NCBI GenBank assembly: GCA_040954595.2
Contig: CM082578.2
Span: 10,733,166-10,797,165 of the forward strand
Source: Balanoglossus misakiensis
Taxonomy: Eukaryota > Animalia > Hemichordata
DNA length: 64,000 nt
Direction: 5' to 3'
Each line of letters starts with the position of its first letter. The stretch's first letter is position 1. Under the pieces are notes generated by a model. It was not told the DNA's origin. It ran no database searches and was given only the letters and a program-made list of their open reading frames with translations. The position numbers and the translations under genes were made by a program. Below are positions 51,140 through 64,000 of this stretch, one piece after another.

Positions 51140-51528
51140 AGGGTGAGAAGGTTGAATTAGGGGTAAAATGAGAGGAGGTTTACCGTTATCAAATGAAAAT
51201 CATCCTCATTTAGTTTACTTGAAGATACATAACTTGGATATATGGTATGAAAGAGAAATTCCAGCAGTTTGCAGCTGATAAATCAGTAAGGTTTACTTTC
51301 TGTTACGTTAATACAATCTTAGATCATGGCGAATAAAATAACAGGGGTATAAGGTATATTCATGAAGTCAAACTGGACAACAATAGAATGTTGCTTGATT
51401 GGTTGGATCAGTTCATTTTTAATTAGGAGTGAAGAGCAAAAGCCATTCTGAATAGGTAAACCGTATTTTAACATCCGGGAATATTTCCACCAGCAGTGGT
51501 CGGGGGGATGATCTCAAGATTTCACCCC
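51140..51528. mobile_element. Possible degenerate TTAA-flanked (Kolobok-like) MITE
   Basis: ttaa|agggtgagaaggttgaat on the left versus reverse-complemented ttaa|ggggtgaaatcttgagat on the right. Confidence 0.3.
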
Positions 51529-52988
51529 TTAAACTCTTCTTGTTTGTCTTCCTGTGTAATTATGTGTACATGTATTTACAAATCAGTCCTGGCCATACAC
51601 TATTACACTCCTGTCTGACCAGGATCTGCGTATGTATCACAAACCTGAGGATTGTTCTTACAATATAAAGCTTTGTCTTTTTCTATTATGTGTTCTGGTT
51701 TTAACGTGAAATGTTTGAGTCGTTTTTGTTTTTTTCAAGAAGTTATCACAAGATGCCAAAAAATGTACAGAGAAATTAGAGGAGCATTTTCTTCGCTTTA
51801 TCTCATACTGTTTGATTTCTAAGAGGTAGTGGAAACGTTGCATAGTTATGCAAAGGGAGATGAGATTAATAATACAGGTATTGCACAATAAAGTATAAAA
51901 TTGATAAATATGGCCTAGTGGGTGATTTGGGTAAGGTGGCGAGGGTTGCGAAAGGGGCTTCAACTTGGGTACAGCTTTGTTGGTACTTTGCGTCAGCAAA
52001 GTTTTGGGCACTCGGCCCACCGTTGAGGGCGTGCAATAAAGATTTCGCTCCCCAGGCCATGTGCTCGTGTTTAGGGTCAGGTCTGACTGCGGTATTCCGC
52101 ACTCAGGAAAAATAGAAACAGTAACGAAGCTCTGCAGTTGAAAGACACGCTGTCATCATGATTTATTTCAACAATAAAAAGAAACATGCACTCTCCCACA
52201 CTGAAGATAATTTTCTGAATCGATATAAATATAACTTCAAATTTATAAATGAAAGACAGCCAACCAAACGGGGTATTACCCGACAATCCTTAAATTACTG
52301 GACAATCATCTTCAATTCAAATATAAATGATACAACATTTAATTTTAATACTGATCGGAGGACTAAAACATGCATACTAGTATATTTTTTCTCATGAAAC
52401 AGAAATATTTTTCAGGCACCTGACCTGTTAGTTGCAATAAGCTCATTTAAGATGTTGCATAGATTAAACGCAATGGCAACTCTGGTCTAACGCGGAGTTC
52501 AATATTTTTCTTTGCTTCATTCCCTCAATAAAATGGCACTGAAATTTAAAAAAAGACGATCTCTGGATTGAAAGTGAAAAGAAATTTTAGAGGTAGCTGA
52601 GGAAAATTTGGCAAATAGACATGAAACATCTGATTTGGGAAACAGGCCTATAATACTGAAATGTGTAAAAAAAACTTCGACACTGTCGATAAGACAACAT
52701 ACACGTACATTTCAACCGAGATTACACCTGGAATGGACACCTGGAATTTGCATAACAAGAGACAATACTTTTCAAATTGCTTTTATCACTTGGAGGTGTG
52801 AGTTTAGTTTGTTCATTGCAGCGCTTTTATCAGAAAAGCTTTCACTGGTTCTGACGAAATCTCTACGTAACTGTTTGTGATATTTTGTACGTGTACAAAA
52901 ATCTGATTGCTTAAACTTTGAGTTTATAATCTCGTTTGCATTCATGGAATGAGAGTACAGTTTTTTGTCTTATTTTCTTCTTCGGACA

Positions 52989-53944
52989 TCACCAAAGTCT
53001 CCAATCGCTGTTTGCCTCCGTTATATTGGGAGTTATGACCGACGTCTGGTCGTTCAAATCCGTTTTGTTTTTCATTGCCGCGGAAAGGGCGTTTGAGAGC
53101 GCTTTCCGCTCGTGACTGTCGCCGAGTTTGCTGTCAACGTCCACGTCCTGAAGCAGTTGCAGCTGTCGCATGGTCTCACGGTGAGACAGCGGAAGACTTC
53201 GTTTCGCTTCGTCGCTCGCCGTCAGGTTCAACACTTTGTCGTCGGCGTTGCTGTAGTTGTCGACGCCGCCGGTGTCGTAGAGCGGGATTACGGGCGACAG
53301 CTCTCGCTTTCGCGCGTGCGGCGTGCTCAGGACGTTCATCTGGACGCCGCCGGTCGAGTCCGTCGCCGATCTGTTTCTGCCGTCTTCGCCGTCTTTCGGG
53401 GAGAACATCCCCAAGTTGATTCCCTCCAGGGAGTTATCCGGCAGGTGTCCAGCCGCGTGCGCGTTGAACAGATTTTTGACGTGAACTTTGCTGCTGCTGG
53501 AACGCCTCATCAAGACGTTCTCGCCGTGAAACTTTGGCGGTATGATGGCGTCCTTCGGCTGGTAGTCCATATTGCGACCCACCGTGCCTTGCTGAAGCCG
53601 TCTCAGCTTTTCGTCTTGGCACCTCTCGGCGGCGCGTTCTGGAGTCACCGGGTCATCTGCACCGGGGGGAGCGTCGTTTTCCACCGAACTTCCCGACGTG
53701 TTTCCCCTATCACTGCGACGGTCCACTCGAACGTTCCCTTGGCGATCTCGGTTTCTCAGCAACGCCGGGTGATCCTCCGGCGGCAGGGGTGTGGAACTGG
53801 AGACGGGCGGAGTTGATTGCAGTTCTTGCTCCAACGCGATTATGCCTTCCTGGTAGTTCTGTCCTGCCCGCAGTGGAGTGGTTGGCCTCGACAGAACGGA
53901 CCTGTCTGGCTGTGATTTGGGCGGTGAGCTGTGACGGCGTGCCA
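52989..53944 (-). CDS. Whirlin-like gene last coding exon (disordered tail, stop)
   Basis: Acceptor tctctttttttgtcag|, GC3-rich ORF ending ...EANSDWRLW*. Confidence 0.85.
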
Positions 53945-56900
53945 CTGACAAAAAAAGAGAGCAAAATCAAAAATGTTATCACTACGTGATGGCAAGGGAA
54001 CATGACAGGGGCAAGTGTCTTATAACGTGTTTATAAGAGTTGAACATTTTATTAATGTATTTCTGATGACGTAGCAGCAATTTTTTTCCTGAACATTATA
54101 CCTCTCCTAGCTGAGTGTATATTTTCTTCCCCATTACTTGGCTGTGTTCCGCCGCTGAAATCGCCTATTTTCTGTTCTCGCGGACTGCTTATTGAAGTTG
54201 ACCGCCTCGATTTACCTTGAGACACAAGAAAATGGAGTTAGGCAAGGCATGTAATACCGTGTATACGCAATAGCCAGTAAAATGAAACAATCCTTTAGAA
54301 CAAAGCCCTCTTCCTATCTTCGTTTCTATAATGTTTTCGGAGTTGTTTGCTTCAAAAAAACTCTTGCAGTTGTCTGCCTCAGCTGCCACTCACAGAAGTA
54401 CGCCCTCAACGACTTTAATACATTTTATTGGTATTTGCTTGACGTTGGAATCTCTTACCGGGTGGTTTGACGACGAACCTAACGAGGTTCGATGCGGTAA
54501 CCAGGTTAACTATCTGAAGATGGGTGAGACTCCGAACATCGACGTCATTTACCTGCAACGAGAAGGGAAACACGTGTCAGCGAGAATTTAATACGGAGTG
54601 TTTTGGCTGTCAACCGTTTGGATATGGCAGCCAATGTATTGATATTTATCTCACGTAGGAAAAAGTATCTGATTACGTTACTTGAAAGCTTCACTGGATG
54701 TTTATATGCGTCGATCATCATTCACGAATGACACGAACAAACAAATATTAAACTCTCCACACGTGGATGAATTGCCTACGTATTGGCTTTCGCAGTCTTC
54801 GTCATTTCAATGGGACTAGTGGGTTTTTCCGCTTATACATGTGTTGTGTCAGATTAGGTGGCTTAATACTTCAGCAAACAGGCAAACAATCATGATTTAT
54901 GATTCATTGAAACAAATATTTGAATTTGATAGAAAGTGGTTCACATGTAACGCTTTGAATCGTCATAGCGAAATAGGACGCGTTGACGGATCTGTCGATA
55001 TCTGTTTTAGTGTTCACACCTTTGATATCTTCTGCCCTCGCTTGAGTCCCGCTCGGAGAGCTGGGGAAAGCGGATCGACGCTGGCTACGCACACCTCCAT
55101 ATTGTAATCAGATCCCCTGGTTGAAAATGAAAAAATATAATTAAGATTTCGGTCCACTTAGAAGTTTGCACCTTAGGCTGTCAAATTAATCAAACGGAAA
55201 CAAAACTAATGTCGTCCGTTAGTCCGAGTCTACTGCGACAGAAATCCGATGTGGCGAGATTGGGCCTTTATATTATGAACAAAAAAATCTATATCTGGCA
55301 TATGCATAAGAATTGTTGGCTTGTTCAGCTGCATATATACGGACACATGTGTACATACTAGTAATTTTGCTTTTAGTATTGGTAAATGTTGGGAGTTGTC
55401 ATCGCGGTGATATATAGTTCGACGAACTAAATGAACATGCATGGACGTACCCTCTTATGCTGCAACCCAGCCACCCGTCTTCGTCGGCGACCACCGTCAC
55501 TGTCTTTCCCTTGTTGCCAGGCGACCTGACATCTTGCCCGGCGTGTTGCCCCGGTGACAACGCAGTCGCCTGGACGCTGGCACCGGGCATCTGGCCGAAC
55601 TGCGCGACGTAGAGGGTCAATTTTTGCGAGGACTTCAGCGCCACCACCGCCTCGGCGTGGGTGACGTTTTTGAAGGGCGTGTCGTTGACTTTCAGAATTC
55701 TTTCCCCGGTTTTCAGACCCTGAAGGAAAAAACACAAAGACGAATAAAGAAAAACAAAATAAACGATAAATTGGTCACAGCGCACTTAAATAGAGGAGAA
55801 AGCCACTCACTATTCACTCCAGGCCCAGAGAATTAATCATTGAATGGAGGCTGTATAAACCAGATCATGGTATTGCCGTGGTTGAATTCAGGCTCATATG
55901 GGGGTTGAACACCAACCAAATTGTTTTCTACAGAAAATCTTCCGCAAAGCTGTTTCTGTTATGTTTGTTATATTATGACCTCAATCTGGGATTATTCACG
56001 AAATCTCATTGACGGCTAAACCAAAGTACAGCATCGTGTGCATGTGAACTATTTCGACGGGACCCTTTTCGTCACCACCAGATGACGGTGTCAGCAAAAA
56101 TATAGGGCACGCGAATGTGCTTCATTTTTTGTCACCGGCTTTTAATACATCCAATCACACGTCGCGGTGGACACAATCCAAATACAACCTAGGAAAATGC
56201 GTCCACGCTTCTTTTCATGATGAAATCTGCATTCACGAGGAAACGCCAGGCGGGCGGTTCTTTTGTTCGATGCCCTTTACACAGGAAATCTGCAGCAGAC
56301 GGCCGCATCACTGGCGAATGTATAATTATTAAGCAATGCCGTTTGCGTGTAAAATCCCCGCTTGCATTGAGTTGACAATGCACCGTTGCATCGCTCCAGT
56401 CGCAATATTGATTCATGTGAATGCCTGGCGTTTCTTTTATGAAGGAATTCTACCAAGCGGGATTGCAGTTATTTCATGAAATATGCATTGGTACGCAGAA
56501 GAAACATTGTGGGTCTGGTTACAGATTGAAGAACTCCGTCAACTGGTCGAGAAATGTCATCATCCAATGATTCAAATTATCTGTTTTGTTTTAATTCTGT
56601 TTCTCAGAGGCATTCAGTTGACAACCAGCTAATTTGACACTAAAATACACAACGTCGTTAGGGACATACTAAATGTTTCTTTCAACTCGTACTCCCTAAG
56701 GGAATACATTGTACATGTATACGCTTTACTTTCCTTATTTGATACGGCGCATGCTCGTATATCATATCCCATACCACACGACTTGTTGACAGTAATTTGT
56801 ACTATTTTTATTTCAAGTCGATCTATTTTCAGATGATACGTATTTCAGTATGCGAATATACGGGCACATCATAGCTGTTAATTGTCGTAACTGAAGGACA

Positions 56901-58389
56901 CCAGCAATAGCACTATTTTGGTTTTTGGTTTGGTTAAACTCCAACATGCCATACCCATATATCTGACTATTGATTTTTACATCCCCTAAATAGTCATTTT
57001 GGTAAACAACTGATGAAACCCTTACCATTCAAGTTCATGTCCTTGTAATATGGTATAGTGTTGTTATTGAGTTGTCCTCTTGCACAGCTCATGCTAATCA
57101 TAATGTCTGCATTTTTAATGTAAAACGAATGATTCCCGCTGGAGGCTCACCGGCCTGGTTGCATTGTGATGTCTTATTCTTTGCTGTCTAACGTTGACTA
57201 GTTTTATTCTGTCTTGAGGTGACATTACTGTTAAAAATCCTGTTTCCGAAATCCACATTTTCGCGGGTTGGTGGAATTGCATAATCTTGAAATGTTAGCA
57301 TTCCGTACAAGTTATACTAGCTCAAGTAGATGGACTGCATGTTGTGTCTGTATTACATTGTACATATAAACATGCATCAAAGCATGATTTTCAACACGGT
57401 GTCTTTGAGGAGTTTTGTTTACCGTATACTAGCACTATACGTTTTGACATTCATTTGAGCAGAACTCGAAGTCCAGGGATAATATTACTATGTTCCCGAA
57501 GCAAAGTAAGTGCCCCCAATATCACACACGTGTGTGAACAGTATATCATGATCCTTGCGTGTGTATGATTACTGGTCACGCACTGTGCCTCTATTTGGTT
57601 CATTTCCGTCACCGCAGCCCTGCTATGGTACTCCAGACTAGACTGGAGAATTTTTTGTTTTGTGGAAGAGTATAGACGCTGAAATTTTACCTTTTTCTCG
57701 GCTTGGCTTCCAGGGTCCACTTGTGAGATGAATATGCCGGTCCTCAGGTCAACTCCCCCGCGGATGCAGAATCCCAGGCTGATGCCGTTTTTGTGTTCGA
57801 GTTTCACCTTCCTGATATTGATTTCCCTTGCCGGGGACGTTGCGTGTGCCGGATCGGCGGCCTCGGTCGACTGGATGGCCGCCGAGGCGAGCGTTTCAAC
57901 GCCCTGGTGCGAGCTTTTAGTTCGTTTCCTCTCCTTCTTGTCCCTTCTCTTACTTTCGTCCTTCTTCGGGGTTCTCTTGCTTTTCTTGTCGGAGCGGGAC
58001 GGACTCTTGCCGAGCCGGGGGCCCGTCGTCGCTCTGTCGAGTGTCGCCGTCGGCGGCGTCAACGGTTCAGTCGGCGTCGGCGCCTCCATACTTTCCGGGG
58101 TTTCTGCCACCAAGTCGTGCAGCACGCGCGCGCCCAGGTTGCCGAAGTGGAGGCTGCAAAGCTGCTGAAAGTCGCACCTCAGATGGTCCGGGATCATCAG
58201 GTAGAGCTCCCTCAGCAGAGGCAGCTTCTGGGGAGCGCTGATTATTGTTTGCAGCTCCCTGCAAAACGTCAAAACAGACTTGGTCTCGCGGAAATCGCCC
58301 AAGGCCAATTTCAACAGGTGGCACTCCCTCTGCGTGAGTAGGGCCTGTGCCCTCGTCTGCAGTCGGTTCCCTATGAGTTCTTGAGACAT
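52989..58389 (-). CDS. Whirlin/PDZD7/harmonin-family scaffold (HN-PDZ-PDZ + disordered tail), ~704 aa; complement(join(52989..53944,54459..54552,55020..55116,55451..55719,57691..58389))
   Basis: Harmonin-N-like domain (LQTRAQALLTQRECHLLKLALGDF...QKLPLLRELYLMIP). PDZ1 LGFCIRGG...GIFISQVDPGSQAEKKGLKTGERILKVND...VTHAEAVVALKSSQKLTL is whirlin-like. PDZ2 WLGCSIRGGSDYNMEVCVASVDPLSPALRAGLKRGQKISKVNDVDV...THLQIVNLV. GT-AG introns with phases 0,2,0,1; 2115 nt open. Orthology within the family is uncertain. Confidence 0.87.
54459..54552 (-). CDS. Whirlin-like gene exon 4 (PDZ2 end)
   Basis: Acceptor ttctcgttgcag|, VNDVDVRSLTHLQIVNLVTASNLVRFVVKPP, donor G|GTAAGA. Confidence 0.85.
55020..55116 (-). CDS. 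Whirlin-like gene exon 3 (PDZ2 core)
   Basis: Acceptor ttttcaaccag|, GSDYNMEVCVASVDPLSPALRAGLKRGQKISK, donor AAG|GTGTGA. Confidence 0.85.
55451..55719 (-). CDS. Whirlin-like gene exon 2 (PDZ1 end, PDZ2 start)
   Basis: Acceptor ttttccttcag|, GLKTGERILKVNDTPFKNVTHAEAVVALKSSQKL...WLGCSIRG, donor GG|GTACGT. Confidence 0.9.
57691..58389 (-). CDS. Whirlin-like gene coding exon 1 (harmonin-N-like domain, basic linker, PDZ1 start)
   Basis: ATG in context CAAAATGT, 699 nt, donor AAG|GTAAAA. Confidence 0.88.
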
Positions 58390-61300
58390 TTTGGCCAATC
58401 GTTGAAGTTCACAGAAAGGAAGAAAAAAACTTGCTGTATCCCAGCGTGGTAAGGACCCTGGCAACGTTTACATCACCGTAGACCTCAGCGGTGTAGTCAC
58501 ATATCTCCTCAGGGCTACTTAAAAAAACCTCCCGACTCTTGTAAGACTGAGATCTAGACAAAGCACAGCCCCGTCATGTCTGGACACGATTCTGTCACGC
58601 CAAAGGTTCCCGTTGCTTTGAACCACACAAAATCTGGTATAATGTTCTCTTTCACGATTCCCACCGCTTACGGGTCAGTTGAAATCTCTGAGAAACTTTG
58701 TTTTATTTTCTTTCTGTTCCCAGGTCATGGTCTGTTCACTTCGTTCTTCGACAGTATCGGCCCTGTGGGATAAACAAAACAAATGTGGGATACTATTTCG
58801 GTTATTTAAAAACCTTTCAGGTTTGATTGCCTTAATTGGCCATCAACATGACCGCGCTATACACGTACACCCTTTATTTTAATATTACCAGTAAACACAG
58901 AACGGTAAACACTATTTTTTTTATAAAAAGCCAATTTTGAGGGAAATTGATATTGATGGAAAGGTCATTTTAATTCCAGTCTCTGCTTACTGTCGTCAGT
59001 GTTCTGTGATAATAGAGCAAAGCTCCCCAAAATGAGTGATACTGTCCCAGGGGATACGATGCATGTTCGCTTGAACTCTGACCCTTTTTTGCCTGACGTT
59101 TGAACCCCGATCGGTCTCCCAAGCTGCATCATCATAGGTCTACAGTTTCCATTCAGTGCGACGCGTTTTCCGAGATTGATAGATTGTTCAGGACTCCGCG
59201 TCCAGATTTGTCAAAACGGACTGCCACGATTCCCACTGATGGTATGGTTTCTACTTTCAAACGAAATCATGATGAATTGTTCTTGGGTCAACAATATTGT
59301 AATAAAACGCGACGTTGTTTCCATGACTACTTAAACTGCAATGAACAGGTCAGGTGTGGTGCATCTACTTACAAAAATGAATAGTCACTTAAATATCAAG
59401 GGTAGATATTAAAATAAAAACCAGTAAAGCCTCAAGGCGCATTACACATCGTCCAAAGGGAATAATTTGTTACAAGTTAGGGACTAATATTGCGTGACCT
59501 CCTTTGTTTAACATAGGGTCTCTCAATCAAACAGAAAACGGGAATATGTTGACTTTACCTGTTTAAGGCTGTGTGTGGGATATTTAAAAAAATAAAACAA
59601 AACTGTTCGACCTGTTTATAACTGAGCAGGTATTCATATACCTTTGTATCACTTCAAAGAGCGACAGAATGAACTTCGACTCAAACACGGCTCGTATTTT
59701 CTATAGAGTTTCCATACGCGTCGCTATATTTTTTTCACAATGTCGATAAATATCCGAACGAGTTTTCTTTACATCATGGACATATTCTAACGTTATAGGC
59801 CTGCGGGGCGTTCTCTTCGTGGGTGGCATGCGACCTGGTTCTACAGTTGCAATAACGCAGCATTTCTGGGTCTTCCATCCGACTATTGCGTGAGACCAAA
59901 TTTATAAAATTACAATGGTTGATACGACCATACAATTTGTAGTAAAGCTTCCGACTACGTCGTTAATTTTTAATTAACGCGTCGTTCGGAAACAGAAGGC
60001 CACCAATCTAAATTGAATCATACATAAATTATTTATGATATTGAATAATTTGATTCTATTAATTAAAATTTACGCCGTGTAAAAACAGCATGAAAACTGC
60101 ATGTACTTTTTTCCTGTCCTGATGTTGTTGGGATATTTTTTAATCGTGTAAAGGATAAATTTTCACCACTGACCCAATATCGTAGTAAGTGATATCATTA
60201 TTTGAAACGTGAATGCGGTTCTGTGGCTGTACTGAGTCTGGGAATTACATTGGTATCGGTGAAGAGTTGCTTCAGTGTCAAAGCATAAAGGACGTCGAGA
60301 CAGAAAAAAACATAACGTTTTCATTGTGGTCTGCAAATCCAATTACGGGGGCATTCAATATAATTTCAAGTCCCTTCAGACTGGCGAGATACTTCTCAAC
60401 GCGTAGTGCACTGTTCATGTTATTAGATTATGAGTGGGGCCTATATTACTGTATATTTTATTCCATACGGTACGGTCTGTCCTTGACTGTACGTTTTAAA
60501 GGGGTGTAAGCAACACCTAATGCTGGGAGCAAGGCTTGTAATATTAGTGTCAATGACACTTGGTCGGATTGTATTTTTTGAAAAACAAAGCAAAACAAGA
60601 GGACAGTGTTTTGCTATAAATAACACTGTATTATTCACGATCGCGAGCACAAACTGCCATTCCGATTACAATTTCATTCGCAGCCGGGTACGTCCTGGAA
60701 CGGCGCGCAGGGGGCGCTGAACTATCGAGGCGTCGCCCTGGTAAATCCTGGGCGTGTGCAGCTTTTAAAAAATGTGCGTCCAAAACATTGAGTCACTGGT
60801 TCTACAAACCATGTTCGTGCCAAGTATTGATTTAATCCCACAAATGAAATGTCTGCTACATTCAAACGCCCAGCCAGATACATTATCGTCTGCCGGTTTG
60901 CACACAGCTCAGTTCAGCTCCAATTTTACCCGAATGCCACCTGTAATTCTATAAATATCGCTGCCCTTACCTTGTTCCACCGCAGATGTTTTCGCAAATA
61001 CTCGCCAAAAACAGTCTGTCACTTTTGAATTTTAAACTGCTCGTCGACGTACGTACACTGGGTTACTCAATCCCCCAAACAATTGGAATTTAAAAGGCAA
61101 CAACAAAAGGACCGATTCAATAGGCCAATTTGCATAAACGGTCAACATAGTATAGTACTACACTGCACCGTAACGCAAACAGACACATTCATTGTAACGC
61201 CTATTAAGTACCGGCACATTTTTTCCAGGGGCCCGCTGTATTGCCTGTCATTTTTTTAACGCTGCTGAAATTTCTTCCCTGACCATATAAGCAACCGTGC

Positions 61301-64000
61301 AATGCAGCATTTAAAAGACATGTCCGATTAAAAATATATAAACATACTTACACATACATGTGTACAATACGTACAGTCGTCCACTGCTGCCGTGCCCAAC
61401 GTATTACATCCGGGCAATTCTTTCATTCAGCCCGCGTCAGCGAAAGCGAGAGTGATTGGCTCGTGGCAACCGCGCCCGTAAAAGACCTGCTGATTGGTCG
61501 GATTTTAAAAAGCCGTCCCCTCTTTTTCTCCACCACCTGTTGCATGGACCACAAACGCATCAATAAAGCACCACGCCTAGAGTGAGTATTTACTCACTGA
61601 CTAGAAAATTATATATTTTTTTCGGTTCAAATCTAGACCAAAACATCTAGACATGTTGGAACAGGGAGAAAGAGACTGTAAAAATGCGACAAAATTCCAA
61701 GACAGCAAAACGAGTCTGTCCTTGACAGTCACGAGTGATACCTATTTTTAACAGATCCGTCAACGTACGTGTCACTCGGTGTGGAAAAGAAATACTTAGC
61801 AATTTGCGTCTAGCGAATAATTCATATCACCCAAGAAGAACAACTTGAAAGAAGCTGACGTATATATCTGCATTGTATCTTTACATTCGACCACTATTTT
61901 AATCAACACGCAGCGAATATTTCTTCGGGACGTCAGATAATAATGAATTTTGCGTTGTTGGCGATGATGGTGACGACGGCGCCACCAACGATCGATGACG
62001 GCGGCAGCAGCGACTGCGGTGATGATGATGATAATGATGACTACAACGAGGCATAAGCGAAAGAAATAAAATATTAGCAATCCTTGAACCCTGACAAAAC
62101 TAAGAAATAATTCCAGATGATCAACAGTGCAGGAATACGCTCATCTGAGACATCTGTGCCATTGTAAATGAGGGACGCTGCTTCTATTGTAATAATGTGG
62201 TCATTGAGTCCGACACGGAACAATCAATTGTGCAGTTAAAATACCATTCAGACAAGGCAGAGACGTTTTTATGTATATCGGTCTCGGGAGAATAAGAAAA
62301 TGAGTGGACTGGAGGGGCGAAATGGGACCATTTGATATGGAATCGGAAATCGATCCAGCAGCATTGTTGGCTAGCAGTACAGCAAGTCCAGGGTGTCTGT
62401 TGGAGCTGCCTTTCCCCCTATTTTGACGTCACAATAGAGATGAAGCAACAGTGGGCACATATGTAGATTTACTATTAATAATATATATAGCTACCTTGAC
62501 ATGGTTTTTCTGTGACAGTTATCATGGGTTCAGGGACGATGGTTGCCGATGAACAACAAATGGTATCTGATCTTTAATATCCTAAAACTATGGTAATCGT
62601 AGAGGGCGATGTTACCAGGTAGAACTCTTGCCCTTCAAGTTTAGATTGGGACGAGGCGCCACACGTCGGGTGGAGAAAAATTCGAATATAGGAGACTTAA
62701 ATCTACATATACATAATATATGCTAAAAGCAGGGATGCTATGAGTGAATAATATTTCTAAAAGTTAATATTTGTGCCAGTTGTAAACTCCTTTACCACTT
62801 TGACTTTGGAACCCTATTCTGAAGCATACAATCTTCCATGGCAAATTTTCCTGATGAATCCCACAATTTTGTACGTTTGTCATTGTGTACAATAGAGAGA
62901 GAGCCCAGCTTGAATCGCGGAGTGAAGCACCGTCACCGTGACGAAAACACATATGGGCCTGCATTTGATTAGAGCCCTGCTGCTGTTTGATGGGGCTTAC
63001 ATGATAAATGACCATTTCGGCAGCTTCTTAATTCGGGGAATTAATTAACCATAATGATCAATTTTGGCCCGAGCGTAAATGACAAAGGTTCTAGGCAACG
63101 TATAATGTAGACTTACAGCAAACCAACTATAGGCTCATATGATCTTTTCAGTTATGATACATCTACATACGGGACTTTGTCACAAATTAAATGGTTCAAG
63201 AGCACACTATGTTTCATTCTCACTCATCGAAATGGGATGAAGGGGCGCCTTTGTGGTATTTTTTTGCAGTTTATGATTCCACAGGAACTTAATATATAGA
63301 AAACGGCATCAGTATAATTGGATTGAAATTGATCCCGAAACCTATTTGCAACGGTTCGTTCTCTCAGGCGGCAATTATTTCACAAACGATAACTCAGCCA
63401 AACCCTGAATCGAAGCAGCACGACAGTAGTGCAGTGTCTAGAACAAAACAAACCAACTCGTGCTGTCGGGACCGCTAGCTTCAAAGATTAATGACTCATT
63501 TTCCGTTTGATAATGTTGATATTTCTCAGCACGCCTACAAAGGTTTGGGTATGTAATGTCGTTCTGCTATTTGATGACGCTTGCTTAAAAGTGATCGGGT
63601 AAACACATTGACCTGCAGGATATACAGATTGGCAAACACTGCAAACAAACCGAGGGACAATTTTTACCACGTACCTATCTCTAGTCCCCTGGGTGTTTGG
63701 CACGTATATGGCATCGTGATTTCAATAATTGAATACTATAGTGTGTAAATAAAAAAGTGACTTATTAAACACGTCCTATAAATTGTGGTGGTGGGCACAT
63801 CATTTTGATCGTTTTTTGCCACTGTTGGGAATCATTTATTGCCCAAATTAAGCTTATCTCAAAACTTGTCTTTATCACAATTAAGTTTATACGCTCTTAG
63901 TTTATTGGTTGGTATATGGGCTTCGTCTGTATGACGCCATTGTTCTGTGAAACAGGTTGATCAATGCCTCAACACCATTGTTCCACCATTATGAGGTGTT

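Noticed and set aside
48898-52988. Possible TIR-domain exons after the death domain (true MyD88)
   Set aside because: In-frame stop follows the DD and no TIR box motifs appear in downstream ORFs.
53075-58341. Plus-strand ORFs antisense to whirlin-like exons (53112..53816, 57728..58168, 57793..58341)
   Set aside because: Antisense shadows of GC3-rich coding exons.
61450-61510. Two ATTGG (CCAAT) boxes ~3 kb upstream of the whirlin-like ATG
   Set aside because: Cannot be tied to a TSS or exon; may belong to a repeat.

Overview
Eukaryotic (metazoan) genomic DNA, probably a marine invertebrate and plausibly a deuterostome (inference from composition only): AT-rich introns, GC3-rich exons, GT-AG splicing, poly-G tracts, many TACATGTA motifs. 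The unspliced ORF track is mostly noise. Four protein-coding genes can be reconstructed by hand. (1,2) Two tandem minus-strand genes with intronless CDS (460-1317, 8906-9529) encode secreted, probably GPI-anchored proteins with a CCDC3-N/NtA-like six-Cys domain. (3) A plus-strand six-coding-exon gene (35781-48897, ~824 aa) encodes PDZ-PDZ plus a C-terminal MyD88-type death domain and no TIR. Its probable non-coding first exon lies near 16.6 kb, followed by a ~19 kb CpG-depleted intron. (4) A convergent minus-strand five-exon whirlin/PDZD7/harmonin-family gene (52989-58389, ~704 aa) has HN-PDZ-PDZ plus a disordered tail. Coding intron 1 of gene 3 holds a young 1.8 kb TTAA-flanked Kolobok-type element with ~640 bp near-identical inverted arms around a frameshifted KolX/P2X7-ballast-like remnant. 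Small palindromic MITE-like elements and microsatellites are also present. No rRNA, tRNA or CRISPR features were seen. The most novel candidate is the PDZ-PDZ-death-domain adaptor. All homology calls come from motif recognition by eye; no database search was run.
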